Shown here piece after piece: positions 12,586-24,148 of a stretch of 64,000 nt of DNA. Numbering within the stretch: the stretch's first letter is position 1; each line of letters opens with the position of its first letter. The notes beneath the pieces are model-generated. The model was not told where the DNA came from. It was given only the letters and a program-made list of their open reading frames with translations, and did no database searches. This stretch comes from Eledone cirrhosa (lineage: Eukaryota). The stretch is taken from the NCBI GenBank assembly GCA_964016885.1, contig OZ024740.1, forward strand, positions 303,304,001 to 303,368,000, written 5' to 3'. The translations under genes were made by a program, and so were the position numbers.

Positions 12586-12709
12586 GGGCCATTCAGAAAT
12601 GACGTAGTCAATTAGGAGGAGGGGATTCGGCGATTTGACTACATTTGACTAATGTAATCACAATCACAAGAGTTCCGCCGAAAAAAATTCGTCATTTCTG
12701 GATGACCCC
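12586..12709. mobile_element. Small MITE-like element (PIF/Harbinger-like TIRs) nested in the Helentron-like element
   Basis: GGGCCATTCAGAAATGACG ... CGTCATTTCTGGATGACCCC, flanked by GTA on both sides. Confidence 0.55.
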
Positions 12710-12995
12710 GTAGAGAGAGAGAGACTCGTAGAGAGAGACCTCCCCTAGCGTCACGCTTACTACTCACTCACTTGAACACAAGATTTATCAGCAAACTTTG
12801 ATTATAAACTTTTTCCCGCTGGACCAAATTTCTAGATTTTTAAGCCAAAAGATGCGTAATGATCTACTGTTCATGCTCATATAAGTTTTATCTCAGTTAA
12901 ATAAAGTAGAGCCGCGCTGTACTGTCGTAAACAGATGATTGCCAACGAAAACATGACTACAACAATATTACTAAACGGACTACCGTCCGTTTAGG

Positions 12996-13110
12996 ATTTG
13001 GAGAGTTTGTTTTTCTTTGTGGTCTTTGACTATATCTGGTCAGTTGGCCTTGATCTCTCTGTCTGTATGTATTGGAATATCCTAGAGAATGGTTGCTTTG
13101 TCATTCTCTG
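12996..13110 (-). mobile_element. R4/Dong-like LINE fragment, right half of the interrupted copy
   Basis: The minus strand reads ENDKATIL*DIPIHTDREIKAN*PDIVKDHKEK...KLSK, collinear with 9045-9340. Confidence 0.8.
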
Positions 13111-13136
13111 ATTATTATTATTATTATATTTGGAGA

Positions 13137-13327
13137 GTGGATTGGCAGTATCGGTAGAGGGTCGGACGCCATGCTTTTCAGTATAGAGTTACGGCCCTTT
13201 ACCATCTGAGTTCAAATCCCATTGAGGTTAACTTTGCCTTTCATCCTTGTGGGGTCGATAAAATAAAGCTCCAGTAATGCACTAGGGTTATTGCTGGCCT
13301 TGTGCTAAAAGTAGAAACAATTATTAT
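13137..13327 (+). mobile_element. SINE family A
   Basis: Homologous to 1067-1256. Confidence 0.9.
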
Positions 13328-13797
13328 ATTTGGAGAGTTTATCCTTTTTCTTGGTAGAAATGTTGCCATGGGTATTATTTTTTTTTTTTTCTGTTATTAT
13401 AATCATTTTCCTTTGATACCTGTATATTCACTTGCATCTCACCAGGCCTCAACTAGGGGCCTGGGTTGGGTTAAGTGAGGGTTTGTTATGTCACATTTAT
13501 CCAGCTCCATAGATAACTGATTGTTATAAAATATATAATGGATAAACTGCACCATTTTGTCCATGGGTACAATATGGTTTGCCCTCCCAACATTACATTG
13601 GCAATGCTCTTCACAAAATGTGGGCAGTACTAGTAAGTATGATTTTTTAAAATTTCTATTATACAAGGTGTACCTGGCACTTGATCCAAGAGTTTGTTAA
13701 TTCCCTTGTTTATCAGGACCAGTCCCCATCTACAACTGGAATAGTGGTAGCCTTCATACCCAACATGTTTTCAATCTCTATTTCAAGATATATTATT

Positions 13798-14460
13798 AGA
13801 GATGCACGTGGGGTGACAAGACTGTCCTGCATGCACTTGTCCAGTGTCCGAGTATTGCTGACTTGTGGGTTTATGTCGAACATCTGCTATCGCATGTAGG
13901 ACGGATCTGGCTATCAGCTGAGTCCATCATGAAGATTTTCCCGGCAGGCAATTTTTATCTGCCTGGTAGCCTTGGTGAAATGGTGGATGCATCTGAAAGG
14001 GTTCAAGATGGGCATTTTCCTCTTTGGCGAGGCCCTCGTTAAATTTTTCAGGTTTCAACTGAAAAGGAAAATCCTTCTCCACCTTGATTTTCCTTTTCAG
14101 TTGAAACCTGAAAAATTTAACGAGACAGTTTGTTGAAAGGTGGGTAAGATAGGCAAGAATGACCCTTGTGAATGGGCCTGCTCTGAGTGTGTGTCTGTAG
14201 TATTGTAGGACAACTGGGAGAGGGTACTTACCCTAGCAGTCAGGGTGACCGTGACTTTTGAGGTCTTTCTCCACGAGTAACCCTCAGCTGTCTCCCCACT
14301 ATTGAGAATTTTTCCTTTGTTTCCATTTTTTTTTTGTTACATCTTTTGTTTTTGATTCCTTTTATTTTACATGCAGAAACCCATATTTGTACCGTCCTGT
14401 GCTGTCCTTAATATATTTTTTTTGTAAACCCTTTGTGGTTAATAAAGAAATCATTATTAT
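13798..14460 (+). mobile_element. Tx1/L1-like LINE 3' end (zinc-knuckle region plus 3' UTR)
   Basis: Translation RCTWGDKTVLHALVQCPSIADLWVYV...FFRFQLKRKI; ends in AATAAAGAAA plus an ATT tail. Confidence 0.7.
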
Positions 14461-14589
14461 AAGGGTTCATAACAAACCTAATTTTGGTGGTAGAAGCCTC
14501 CATCAGTTTGGATTAAATGAGAGTTTTCAATAGTGCCAAATATGGCGTCCTGGTGGCTGTCTTCCGTGCAACTGGTCTCAGTTTCATTT

Positions 14590-14765
14590 TCAGAGGGGCA
14601 AAACTAGCTGGCAAGAGACCCAGGGGTAGACCCTGAGCAAAATGGTTGGATAACATCCAGGAGATCGGCTGGTCTTGCTTGGAAGTGGTTGCTTCTGACA
14701 GGACCCACTGGAAGGACTCTGATCCCATTATCCTCTCAGGAATAAGTGAGCAAAGAAGAAGAATG
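14590..14765 (+). mobile_element. RTE (second family) 3' tail fragment
   Basis: GRP...WLDNI motif and tail GGAATAAGTG...GAAGAAG shared with 17910-18220, 53590-53815 and 55130-55585. Confidence 0.75.
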
Positions 14766-15594
14766 AATGAATATTCAATCATCAGGCTAAATGGAACCGT
14801 TTTGAATTACATGATGGATTCATTGAAGGTGTTCTCTCTCATCTCTTCTATTCATACTATCTCTCAAGTTACTGTTATTATCATCTTGTCCTTTTTGTAT
14901 TTTAATATCAGAGAATTCATTGTCCAATGCATCTTAATTTAAGACAGTTGGATATGATTTTAAAAGAAATTTGGCTGTTATCTCTAGCAAGTCAAGTGAA
15001 CTGAGAAGCACTCTCAATGATTCATTGTTGTTGTTTTCAAAATGAAGTGATTTTGCAGATATACTAAGCTAAAAAATAAATACATACATAATATAAAAGA
15101 AATATTTGTTGCTTGGTTCTTTCACACATCACACAAAAACCATAAATGACAATTGAAAAATAGGGACACCAATCGAAAAGGGATATACCCAGGAAGGTTT
15201 ATTGATACCATTTTTTTTTTAAATCAAAGAAGAAAAACATCCCGGGTATGCTGACTGCTATTTCTAGCAGGTTGGGAATCAACCATAAGGGATTCTCTCT
15301 GTGTGTTATTTGCCAATGATTGTGTTTCATGGACAGTGTCTCCGATTTGAACGCTGGTTTACACACACACATTTATACATATATATCTATATATTTAATC
15401 ATTTTACTTTTATTAACGTCATTTTCCATATATGGTAGCTGGAAAACTATTCAGCTATTCTAAAAAGAATATTAGACTCCTAATTTTTTCATAGCAAAAA
15501 TATGTTTTTTCCATAGCAAGAATTTCTTCTTCTCGCTCCACATAATGACGTAATATACTAATTTTATTTACAATTGTATAAATAACATTACAAA

Positions 15595-15750
15595 TGGGGA
15601 AGGGGTAAAGAAGGCAGAATATGATGGGCTCTGGGGCTCGGGCGCAGCGCTGTGACCCGCAGACAATGCTGCAAAAGCATTTCCGTGGACAATGGCCAGC
15701 GACACCTGCTGCAACAGTTACCCCACCTCACTTCACGGGGCTCCTGACAT
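15595..15750 (-). mobile_element. CRE-like (RLE) LINE 3' remnant
   Basis: Homologous to 31170-31460 and 31835-32130 (GCAGGTGTCGCTGGCCATTGTCCACGGAAATGC). Confidence 0.55.
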
Positions 15751-16754
15751 TCCTATCTATATCTATATATAATATAAAAGATTGGAACTTCCATCATCCT
15801 TTTGAGAAACCTGAACCAGCCATGTCTATACAATGGCACACGCTTAACAGTCAGGGGAAAATGAACCACCTCCTAGAAGGTCACTATTCTGGGAGGCAAT
15901 CATCAAGGAGGAAATGCATTTATTTCCAAGATTACTTTAATTCCTTTCTCTACTCAGCTGCCTTTCAAATTTTCAAGGCTTCAGTTCCCTGTTAGAGCCA
16001 GTTTTGCTATGATCATAAATAAAGCTCAGAAATTCAAAGTTGTAGGATTGAATACAAGAGAATCACTTTTTAACCTCGTACTGTAAACCAAACCATGCAT
16101 CCAATACAGTCATTTTCTCGTATAACTATTTGGAAACCTTTAACAGTATTGGAACATTATAGATAAGGTATGAATGTCTTGTAATCAGTAAAATATCTTA
16201 GCTTATCTATAAACTAGTCTAATTGTCATCTCTTTTAATGGCAAAGCATCAACGTGTTTTTAAATGAAATATCAGTTTCTTAGTTTTAATTAATCTTCTT
16301 GTGTTTCTGTAATATGTCTTTTGTGATGCATTCTTTGATACATAATCATCATCATCACCATTTAATGTCCATTTTCCATGCTAGTATGGGTTCAACGAGC
16401 TGTCCTGTTGTGAGACAAGCCAAGTCGGATGACCATGTCTTGCTCTTACAGAACTGATTTTGTCATATTAGTGGTTTCTAAAATAGAAGCAATGCCACAA
16501 ATTTGGGATGAATTGGATAGAGTTTATTCAATATATACATATTCTTATACATATGCACATATATATGCACTGTATTTCCCAGCATCAAAGATGCTACTTT
16601 TTTCCTAAAATAATCTCAAATCTACCATGCGTCCTGGAGGCCAAAGATTGTTTATTATTTTTTTTTTAATTTTTGGTTGTCAAAATTAGGGTGTGTCCTT
16701 GAGGATGAAGCGTCTTCAGCGCCAAGAAATACGGTATAGACATACATAAGAAAT

Positions 16755-16945
16755 GCCATTAGAGGTAGACCAAGAAAGTCCTGGGTAGAGGTAGTGAAAA
16801 CTGACCTCAAATAACTGAGACTCACAGAGGAGATAACAAAGAAATGCGATGAGTGTCTGTCATGCTGTAAAGGACCCATCCAACCCATGCAAGCATGGAA
16901 AAATGGACGTAAAAACGATGGTGATGATGATGATGACATCATCAC
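16755..16945 (+). mobile_element. RTE LINE 3' fragment
   Basis: GRPRKSW motif and the RTE tail. Confidence 0.8.
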
Positions 16946-17364
16946 TCTTACATGTTTAGACTCATGTCAACCTTCCATGCCAGCAAATATTCAACAGGGT
17001 ATCACAGTCTGAGAGCAAACATGTAAGAGTGACCTCATCTTGCTCATATGTTCTATATCTGGCACAGCATCCATGGCCAGATGCCCCTCCCAAACTAAAC
17101 TTCTTTTACAGGGTGTACTAGTTGCATTTTATCAGAAACCAGTACTAAATAGGTTGTCACATGTTTGTCCCAATTAATGAGTCCTCTCAAACCCTAGACA
17201 GTCTCTGTTCAACCACCAACACTCTAGCCTCCAGCCTCTCACTATATTTACTTTTGAAGTTGCAATCTTGTACTGGTAGATGGGTCTTTTGCACTATGGC
17301 ATATCTCCAGTTAGCTTTGTCTTGTTTCATCTCCTTCATGTGGTCTCCTTCTTGAGGTCTTTCT

Positions 17365-17905
17365 TCACAACTTCATCCAATATCTTCCTTGGTCGCCTTC
17401 TTCTGCAGGTTCCATCTACTTTAAGTGCTTGGCACCTTTTTATATAACTCTCACTCTCTTTACATATTACATGGCTATAACAGCACAATCGTCACCCTTC
17501 TGTGCTACATTCAACTCCTCTTATTCTCAGCTTTTCCCTCAGCTCATTTGTGGATTGTTGTTCATGTACTCTATCATTACACATCCTACAAAGTATGCAT
17601 GCTTCATTTCTGTACTCAGGGCTGATGTCTCTGACATTCAGCCTAGCAATTTGAACACAAGCATCATATAATCTGTTCTTTACTCTGAGAGAGGCACCTT
17701 TTGTTACCAGCGAAGTTAACATCTCCCTGAGTTTCTTTTACCTTGTTCTCACTCTAGCTACAACACTTTCACTACATCTACCTCCACTGTTAATGGGGTC
17801 CCCTTGTTCTCACTCTGGCTACAACACTTTCAGTACATCCACCTCCACTGTTAATGAGTTCTCCTAGATAGCAAACATTATCTACTATTTATCTAGTGAG
17901 TCTTC
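17365..17905 (-). mobile_element. RTE LINE ORF2 fragment
   Basis: The minus strand reads ...LVTKGASLRVKNRLYDACV...ELREKLRIRGV; contains a short tandem duplication at 17745-17860. Confidence 0.8.
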
Positions 17906-17909
17906 TGAG

Positions 17910-18222
17910 CAGAGAGTTATTCCAGGTAGAACTGCTACTTCTCCGAATTGAGAGATCACAGCTCCGATTTTATGGGCATGTGGTTAGAATGTCTCAGGAA
18001 AGAATCACTGGACAGAATTTATGGGCAAAACCAGCTGGCAGGAAACCCAGGTGTAGACCCTGAGCAAGATGGTTGGATAACATCCATGAACTTGGCTGGT
18101 CACGCTTGGGATCCAGCTGGATCAAGTGGAGATGGTTGCTTCTGACATGACCCGCTAGAAAGAGTATTTGAGGACTCTGCCTCCATGACCCTCTCAGGAA
18201 TAAGTGGGCAAAGAAGAAGAAA
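17910..18222 (+). mobile_element. RTE (second family) 3' fragment
   Basis: LLRIERSQLRFYGHVVRM motif plus tail. Confidence 0.8.
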
Positions 18223-18687
18223 AGTCTTCTGAGCATATGAGGAAGTTCATTTCCCAAGTATCCTTACTGTTGGCTACTCCTGTGGATCTTTCACATATTA
18301 AGTCTACCTTCTCTGTCAGCCTACCTGTGATCCTGCTACATCACTTATGCATCCACTGTCCGCATATAAAGTTTCTAACTATTCCTTTTCAGCATAGGTA
18401 TCAGAACCCTATTCTTTTTTCTACTTACTAAATCTTTAGTCTTTGATGGGTTTTCTTTAAGGCCCTTTGATTTCAGATTTTGTTTCCATGTTTGGAGCTC
18501 ATATTCTTCCTCAGTTTCTATGAGGGCTAAAAATCAACATACAGGAGTTCCCATGGACATCCAGTCTTGAATTGCACTGTTATGGCCTGAAAGAAGACTA
18601 CAATGAATTTTAATTAGCTTACAGATGTTTAGAATGCATGTATCCAACAACTTGCAAGATATCATCTCAGGTTGTTTAATATGTCTA

Positions 18688-19060
18688 TACTCTTGGGTCC
18701 CAAATAATATGGGATGGGTGTGGAATAAGTGGTGGGGCTAGAAAATTGATTATTTTTCATGGTTGTCTTCCTTGATTTTAAAAAAAAATCAGAATTAGTG
18801 GTTTAGTTTACATATTGAGACCCCGACACATCCTATATATTTTATAACATATGGGATTTCTAGTAATGTTCTTTTTTTGTCATGTATAATGTTTTTTTAA
18901 TGTCTAAAGAAAATTAATTATCGCATGAATGCTAACACTTAAAATAAAATTTTGACGGAGATAGAAACTGAGGGGCTTGGAATATGAGCGTAGCGTGTGG
19001 GAAAAAAATCTGAAAAATTAATAAATTGGAGAGGTAGGCATTATTCAAAAGCCAAGAGTA
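18688..19060. mobile_element. MITE, TIR ~TACTCTCGGGTCTCGAATAAT, TA-flanked (Tc1/mariner-pogo-like)
   Basis: TACTCTTGGGTCCCAAATAAT ... ATTATTCAAAAGCCAAGAGTA; the interior is shared with three other copies. Confidence 0.65.
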
Positions 19061-21181
19061 GTTACCTAACATTTCCAGAAATAAACTATAGCAAGGGAAA
19101 TAACTCTACCCATTTAATTAAAGTTGTCTCTCTTTGATTTAAATATATGTTATAGTTTTATTGAATTTGTCTCCCATCGATTTAAATATAAGCAGCCAGA
19201 TGAAACGACTGAACTGAAACTTCGATGTCACTTTTCTACTTAGAATATAAAATTTGCCCTGTACCTACAAGTATTGAGTGCTCATTCAGTCATATTTGGA
19301 TGTTTTAAATACTAAGGTGTTTTAAATACACATATATATATTAGCAGTGACACTTTTTTCTGCCAGCAACCTGGTGAATTCAAGCAACAGACCCAAATTT
19401 CATTACCTGACAAGCTGAAGATCACAAGCTATTGATGCTTCAACTGTATTCTGATGAGCTTATCATTGGACCTATATCGGCAGAGACTTCTGGCGTTTTG
19501 GATCCCCATGCCCAGCCCAGAATGTAAAGTGGGTCGTATAGGTGTCACAACAAAAAGCACCCAATCTGCACTGCAAAGTGCTTGTGTAGGTGACACGACA
19601 AAAAGCATGTGGTTGGCATAAGAAAGGGGATCCAGCCAGAGAAACCAAGCCGAAATCAGTTCCACATCTGACCTGGCTTCTCACAATGGCTAGAATATAT
19701 GTGGCTCACAATACCTGCACACTTGTGGATTTCTTCACAAACTAGGGCAGTTGTGCCAACCCATTATCAAATTAATAGTCAATCATCTGCAAAGCCACTG
19801 ATATTCACAACAGAAGTCAGCTAATTAAACTGATGGTCGCTGCATGAACTACTGCTTACTATGAGACAAGCAGGATTTTTGTTGAGGCTTATTATTCTAG
19901 ATCTGACCTGTTCTACTTAACTATCCCATGATAGCCATATCAGAGACATCTTGTGTCAGATATGGCTCTTCACGATGTAAGTCAGTCTTCGAACTGAGAG
20001 AGGCTAGGTGAGTATATATTGCACATCAGTTCACTGAATGGCATATTGAACAGACACTTGGATGCATGAGGACACCACAAAAGACCATCTAGTGCCAACC
20101 AGTGAAAGCTACTACAGCTCTGCACACTCTTAAATTAGCATATACATATATACACACTCGCACAACATATATATATGTACACATTATTGGATGGCTGTTG
20201 ACTCACATGAGTTCTTCCGCCCTTTGTCAGGTTTTGTTTTTCACCCATCAGGATGTCCAAAAATCACCCTCCTCACTAAACAAGCTTGGTGGAGTTGCCG
20301 GTTTAGTCACCAATAGCCCAACCATGTGATAGGTTGTACTGGGTTACATGCTGTCAGTACTATTCAGGAGTGACCTGACACAGAATTTTGGCCACACTAA
20401 CTACAGCAGTCCATTCAACATTCTAAACCATGAAACAACTTGACATCACAGATATCTTACTTGCAAATTATTTTGTGACCCAGCAAGTATTAAGCCTTAA
20501 GCTTCTAATGCATCTCTGTCATTACTTTTGTGAGTAAACTGGGAGTTGGTAATATAAAACCCATATTCTTCACAAAGTCATAGGAGCATGAAACTTGTTA
20601 ATCATGTTTCCTACACTGCGACAACCAAGAGAGTTCCATGTTTGCCAATCTGTTATGACTCTGATATTGAAGTTCCACTGTAATATGACCTTGTCTGACT
20701 TAGGATTTTCCTGGGTACAGCTCTTGTCTGGGTATAGAATGCAGTTTTGTCTTCATCAGGACTGAGGCATTTATCAAAATAGCAAATTGCTTGTATTTGT
20801 AATGCGGATGCAGTCATAAACTGATTGTTTATAAGGATAGGAAGTTCTTCCAGCTTCTTAAATACTTCAAAGAACATGATATATTTATATTCCAGCTAGA
20901 CATTTTCTATTCTTTCTTTGTTTTTCAAGTATAGACATCTATCAGTAGAAAAACTTGACCTCAGCATCAGAACATAACACTGCTTATAGCAATGATCTGT
21001 ACTTACACAAAATACCTACTTATATCTAAACTGAGCCTTTCAGTGAGATGAGTAAAACCATAGCTTCTCTGCAGTGCTGGTGACAGGTTATAAACCATTA
21101 ATACCTTGCAAATATTACCCATTCAATATATTTCCCATTTATCATTTGTTCAATCTAACTGCTAATTTTGTAACAACCTTA

Positions 21182-21447
21182 ATTAACCCTTTCAATACCA
21201 TATTTTGAATGAAAGACACTGCCAGTAATATTTAATTGATTTTGAAAATAATCAAGAATTTAGAGAGACTTAGTAATATAATTAACTTTCTCATTATTCA
21301 TCTGGCATCTGGAACATAACTTAACTAAAGTTCTTACATAAAATTATGATGGAAGACTTTTAGATAAATATAAACACTTTAAAATAAGCAGTTTTGATAT
21401 ATAGAACAAAGGGCAATTTCTGACAGTTTTGTATCAAAAGAGTTAAC
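21182..21447. mobile_element. piggyBac-like MITE (TTAA|CCCTTT...AAAG(A/G)G|TTAA)
   Basis: TTAA flanks and CCCTTT termini; relatives at 37443-37680, 38860-39092, 41540-41816, 53176-53398 and 58465-58630. Confidence 0.6.
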
Positions 21448-21794
21448 TAAACTCACTCTATATACTTGACTCTTCATATCACCCTCACACAGCTTCCATC
21501 ACAGAACCCTTCTACTAAATACATTAGCACAATTCACAAGAACCGGATGTCTTGAACTTTCTGCCTTTATATATTTCTTCTAACTGAAATTATTTAAATT
21601 ACAAACTATAAGCACCAACTGCACCCAGTTATTCTCTGCTATATTAACAATCTCCCCCTCCCTTTTTTCCGTGACCTTGTTCTTTCCCTCCTTTTCTTCT
21701 TATTTATGGCATTTATAGTCCTTTCCTTTATTTTCCTATACACCCAGATCCACCCTTCTTTAACCCTCCTCCTATTTTTTTTCATTATTCATCG

Positions 21795-21980
21795 GTGAAT
21801 TGGCAGTATCGGTAGAGGGTTGGACGCCATGCTTTCTAGCATAGTTACGTCCCTTTACAGTCTGAGTTCAAATCCCGCCGAGGTTAACTTTGCCTTTCAT
21901 CCTTACGGGGTCGATAAAATAAAGTACCAGTAATGTACTGGATAATTGCTGGCCTTGTGCCTAAAGTAGAAACAATTATT
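21795..21980 (+). mobile_element. SINE family A
   Basis: Nearly identical to 1067-1256. Confidence 0.92.
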
Positions 21981-23044
21981 CATATAATTAATTATTAAAA
22001 CTTAAACAATTTGAATAAAAATTTTATATAAGAAATATTTCATTAGTTTTACACTGATGGAATTCATCAAAATTAAAAGACTAGAAAAATACTCAAATAA
22101 TTTACTATAACTCTCATGTTGTTATTTTTAGTCACATCAATGAGACATATTTTGACCAATTGTTTCACTCTTTATAATTTGACAACTATATTACTGATTA
22201 TCTAATTTGGTACAATTATTTCATTAATGTCGGCATAACTACTACTTGAAATAATTCTTTTGTTTCTAAGTAACTATTTGGGAAGATTATTGCTGAAAAC
22301 TATCCTATAATTCCAACATTTTTGTCTAATTATAGAAAATATATATGCAAGAGTCAACAACAAACATATCATAATTATCACCATTTAATGTCTGCTTTCT
22401 GTGCTAACAAGTATTTGAGAGGTTGTGAAAGACCAAGTCAGAATGTAATCAGAGCTACAAACTTCTCAGAGTGGCCGCAGGCATGCATCTTGCTTACATG
22501 TTTCCACACTCTACCAAGGGCACCAAATTCATTTTAATGTAGCACTAGTACTAGGGAAGTTGTCATGTTCCCAAACCTTTGTTTAACAAGTTTTCTATGG
22601 CTGTATGCCCTTCCTATCATCACAAAACACACATACATACGCACATTTATATATATATACAGAATGAGAAAGATCTGCAGTGCTGAAACCAAAGAGATCA
22701 TGGGAGATATGTAATATCCTGACTGCGGTGACAAACGTTTCGGTTTGTGTGTTCAGCAAGCCATCCAGGGTGTAAGACTTGCTGAACACACAAGGCGAAA
22801 CCAATCAGCACCACAGTCAGGATTATGGCTATATATATATACATATATATATATGTGTGTATATATATAGGTGTAGAGGTGCAAGATAATTGCATCTGTA
22901 GGCGGTATGCCGGGTGAGCACTCAATGCTCTTGCAGAGCAGAGTATCAATAGTATTAGAATAAAAGAACAAAGAAACAGTGTTGCATCATAACATATTTA
23001 GTATGTTATGATGCAATACTGTTTCTTTGTTCCTTTATTCAATA

Positions 23045-23411
23045 TCATCATCATCATCATCATTTTTTATGTCCGCTTTTCCCTGCTTGCAAGGGTGGGA
23101 CGGGAACTGAATCTGGCTTGATTTCTACAGCTGGATGCCCTTCCTAACACCAACCTCATTTACAGTGAGTGCTGGGTGCCTTTTTGCCGTGGCACCTCCA
23201 CGACCACTTTGCAGTGGAATGATATGGACCCCAGTCCTATCATCTCATTTCTACAGCTGAGTAAACTGGAGTAATGTGAAATAAAGTGTCTTGCTCAAGG
23301 AAACAACACATCACCCGGTTTGAGAATTGAACTCACAACCTTTCGGTTGCAAGGCCAAAAGGTTGTGAGTTCAATTCTCAGACCGGGTGATGTGTTGTTT
23401 CCTTGAGCAAG
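23045..23411 (-). mobile_element. tRNA-derived SINE family B with RTE-like tail; its 5' end is replaced by a foldback
   Basis: Homologous to 40195-40505 and 56150-56530; GAGTTCAATTCT B-box and CCTTGAGCAAGACACTTT core. Confidence 0.85.
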
Positions 23412-23454
23412 ATATATATATATATATATATATTCCATTGCACAGATGGTTCTA

Positions 23455-24148
23455 TCGCAAAAGTGAAACTAATTTTTGACGACAATTACGTACGTCATTA
23501 CTTTCAATTTGGATTGTGAATTTGTTTGTTTTTTTACAACAGGTCTCAATAGTGAAAGTGAATTTTGTTGATGGTGTTAATTAGTATTGCGTGTACGTGA
23601 TAATTTTTTTTTATTCTTTTTTTGTGTATTGTGTGTACGGAAAATTTTTTTTTAAATAATGACATTGTGTGTTGAAATAAATAAATATTGAAAATCCTTA
23701 TTTAAATAATGACATTGTGTGTTGAAAGAAAGAAATATTGAAAATCCTTATTTAAATAATGACATTGTGTGTTGAAATAAATAAATATTGAAAATCCTTA
23801 AATATTGAAAATAAGGATTTTCATAAGGTACGTCAATTTATATTTTATATGCAACAAACGTATAACTATGTAGTTATTTTTTTTTTTTTAATTTATTTAT
23901 TTCTTTCAACACACAATGTCATTATTTTTAAAAAAAATTTCCGTACACACAATACACAAAAAAAGAAAAAAAAAAAAATATCACGTACACGCAATACTAA
24001 TTAACACCATCAAAAAAATTCACTTTCACTATTGAGACCTGTTGTAAAAAAACAAACAAATTCACAATCCAAATTGAAAGTAATGACGTACGTAACTGTC
24101 AAAAATTAGTTTCACTTTTGCGACCGGCCGTTTTGACATATGCCCCTT
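23455..24148. mobile_element. Foldback/MITE-like element with ~230-bp inverted arms and internal ~51-bp tandem repeats
   Basis: 23455-23686 is the reverse complement of 23891-24123; three copies of TTAAATAATGACATTGTGTGTTGAAATAAATAAATATTGAAAATCCTTA. Confidence 0.8.

Larger units (their letters stand above)
9340..12996. mobile_element. Non-autonomous Helentron/HINE-like rolling-circle element carrying gene cargo
   Basis: Left end ACCAGATAG. A 13-bp subTIR AGTAATATTGTTG (9371-9383) is the perfect reverse complement of CAACAATATTACT (12960-12972). Terminal hairpin CTAAACGGAC-tacc-GTCCGTTTAG (12971-12994). 34-bp tandem repeats lie near the left end. Removing the element rejoins the LINE frame KLSK|YKYLEIE with at most a 1-nt ambiguity. 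Confidence 0.7.

Noticed and set aside
9341-12996. Canonical Helitron reading (5'-TC...CTGG-3' on the minus strand at an AT site)
   Set aside because: No GC-rich hairpin lies ~11 nt before CTGG. The hairpin and subTIR arrangement fits the Helentron/HINE type better, so this is kept only as an alternative.
19690-21060. Possible decayed DNA-transposon coding sequence or host exons (ORF 20653-20877)
   Set aside because: No recognisable motif or consistent splice pattern; I cannot support a call.
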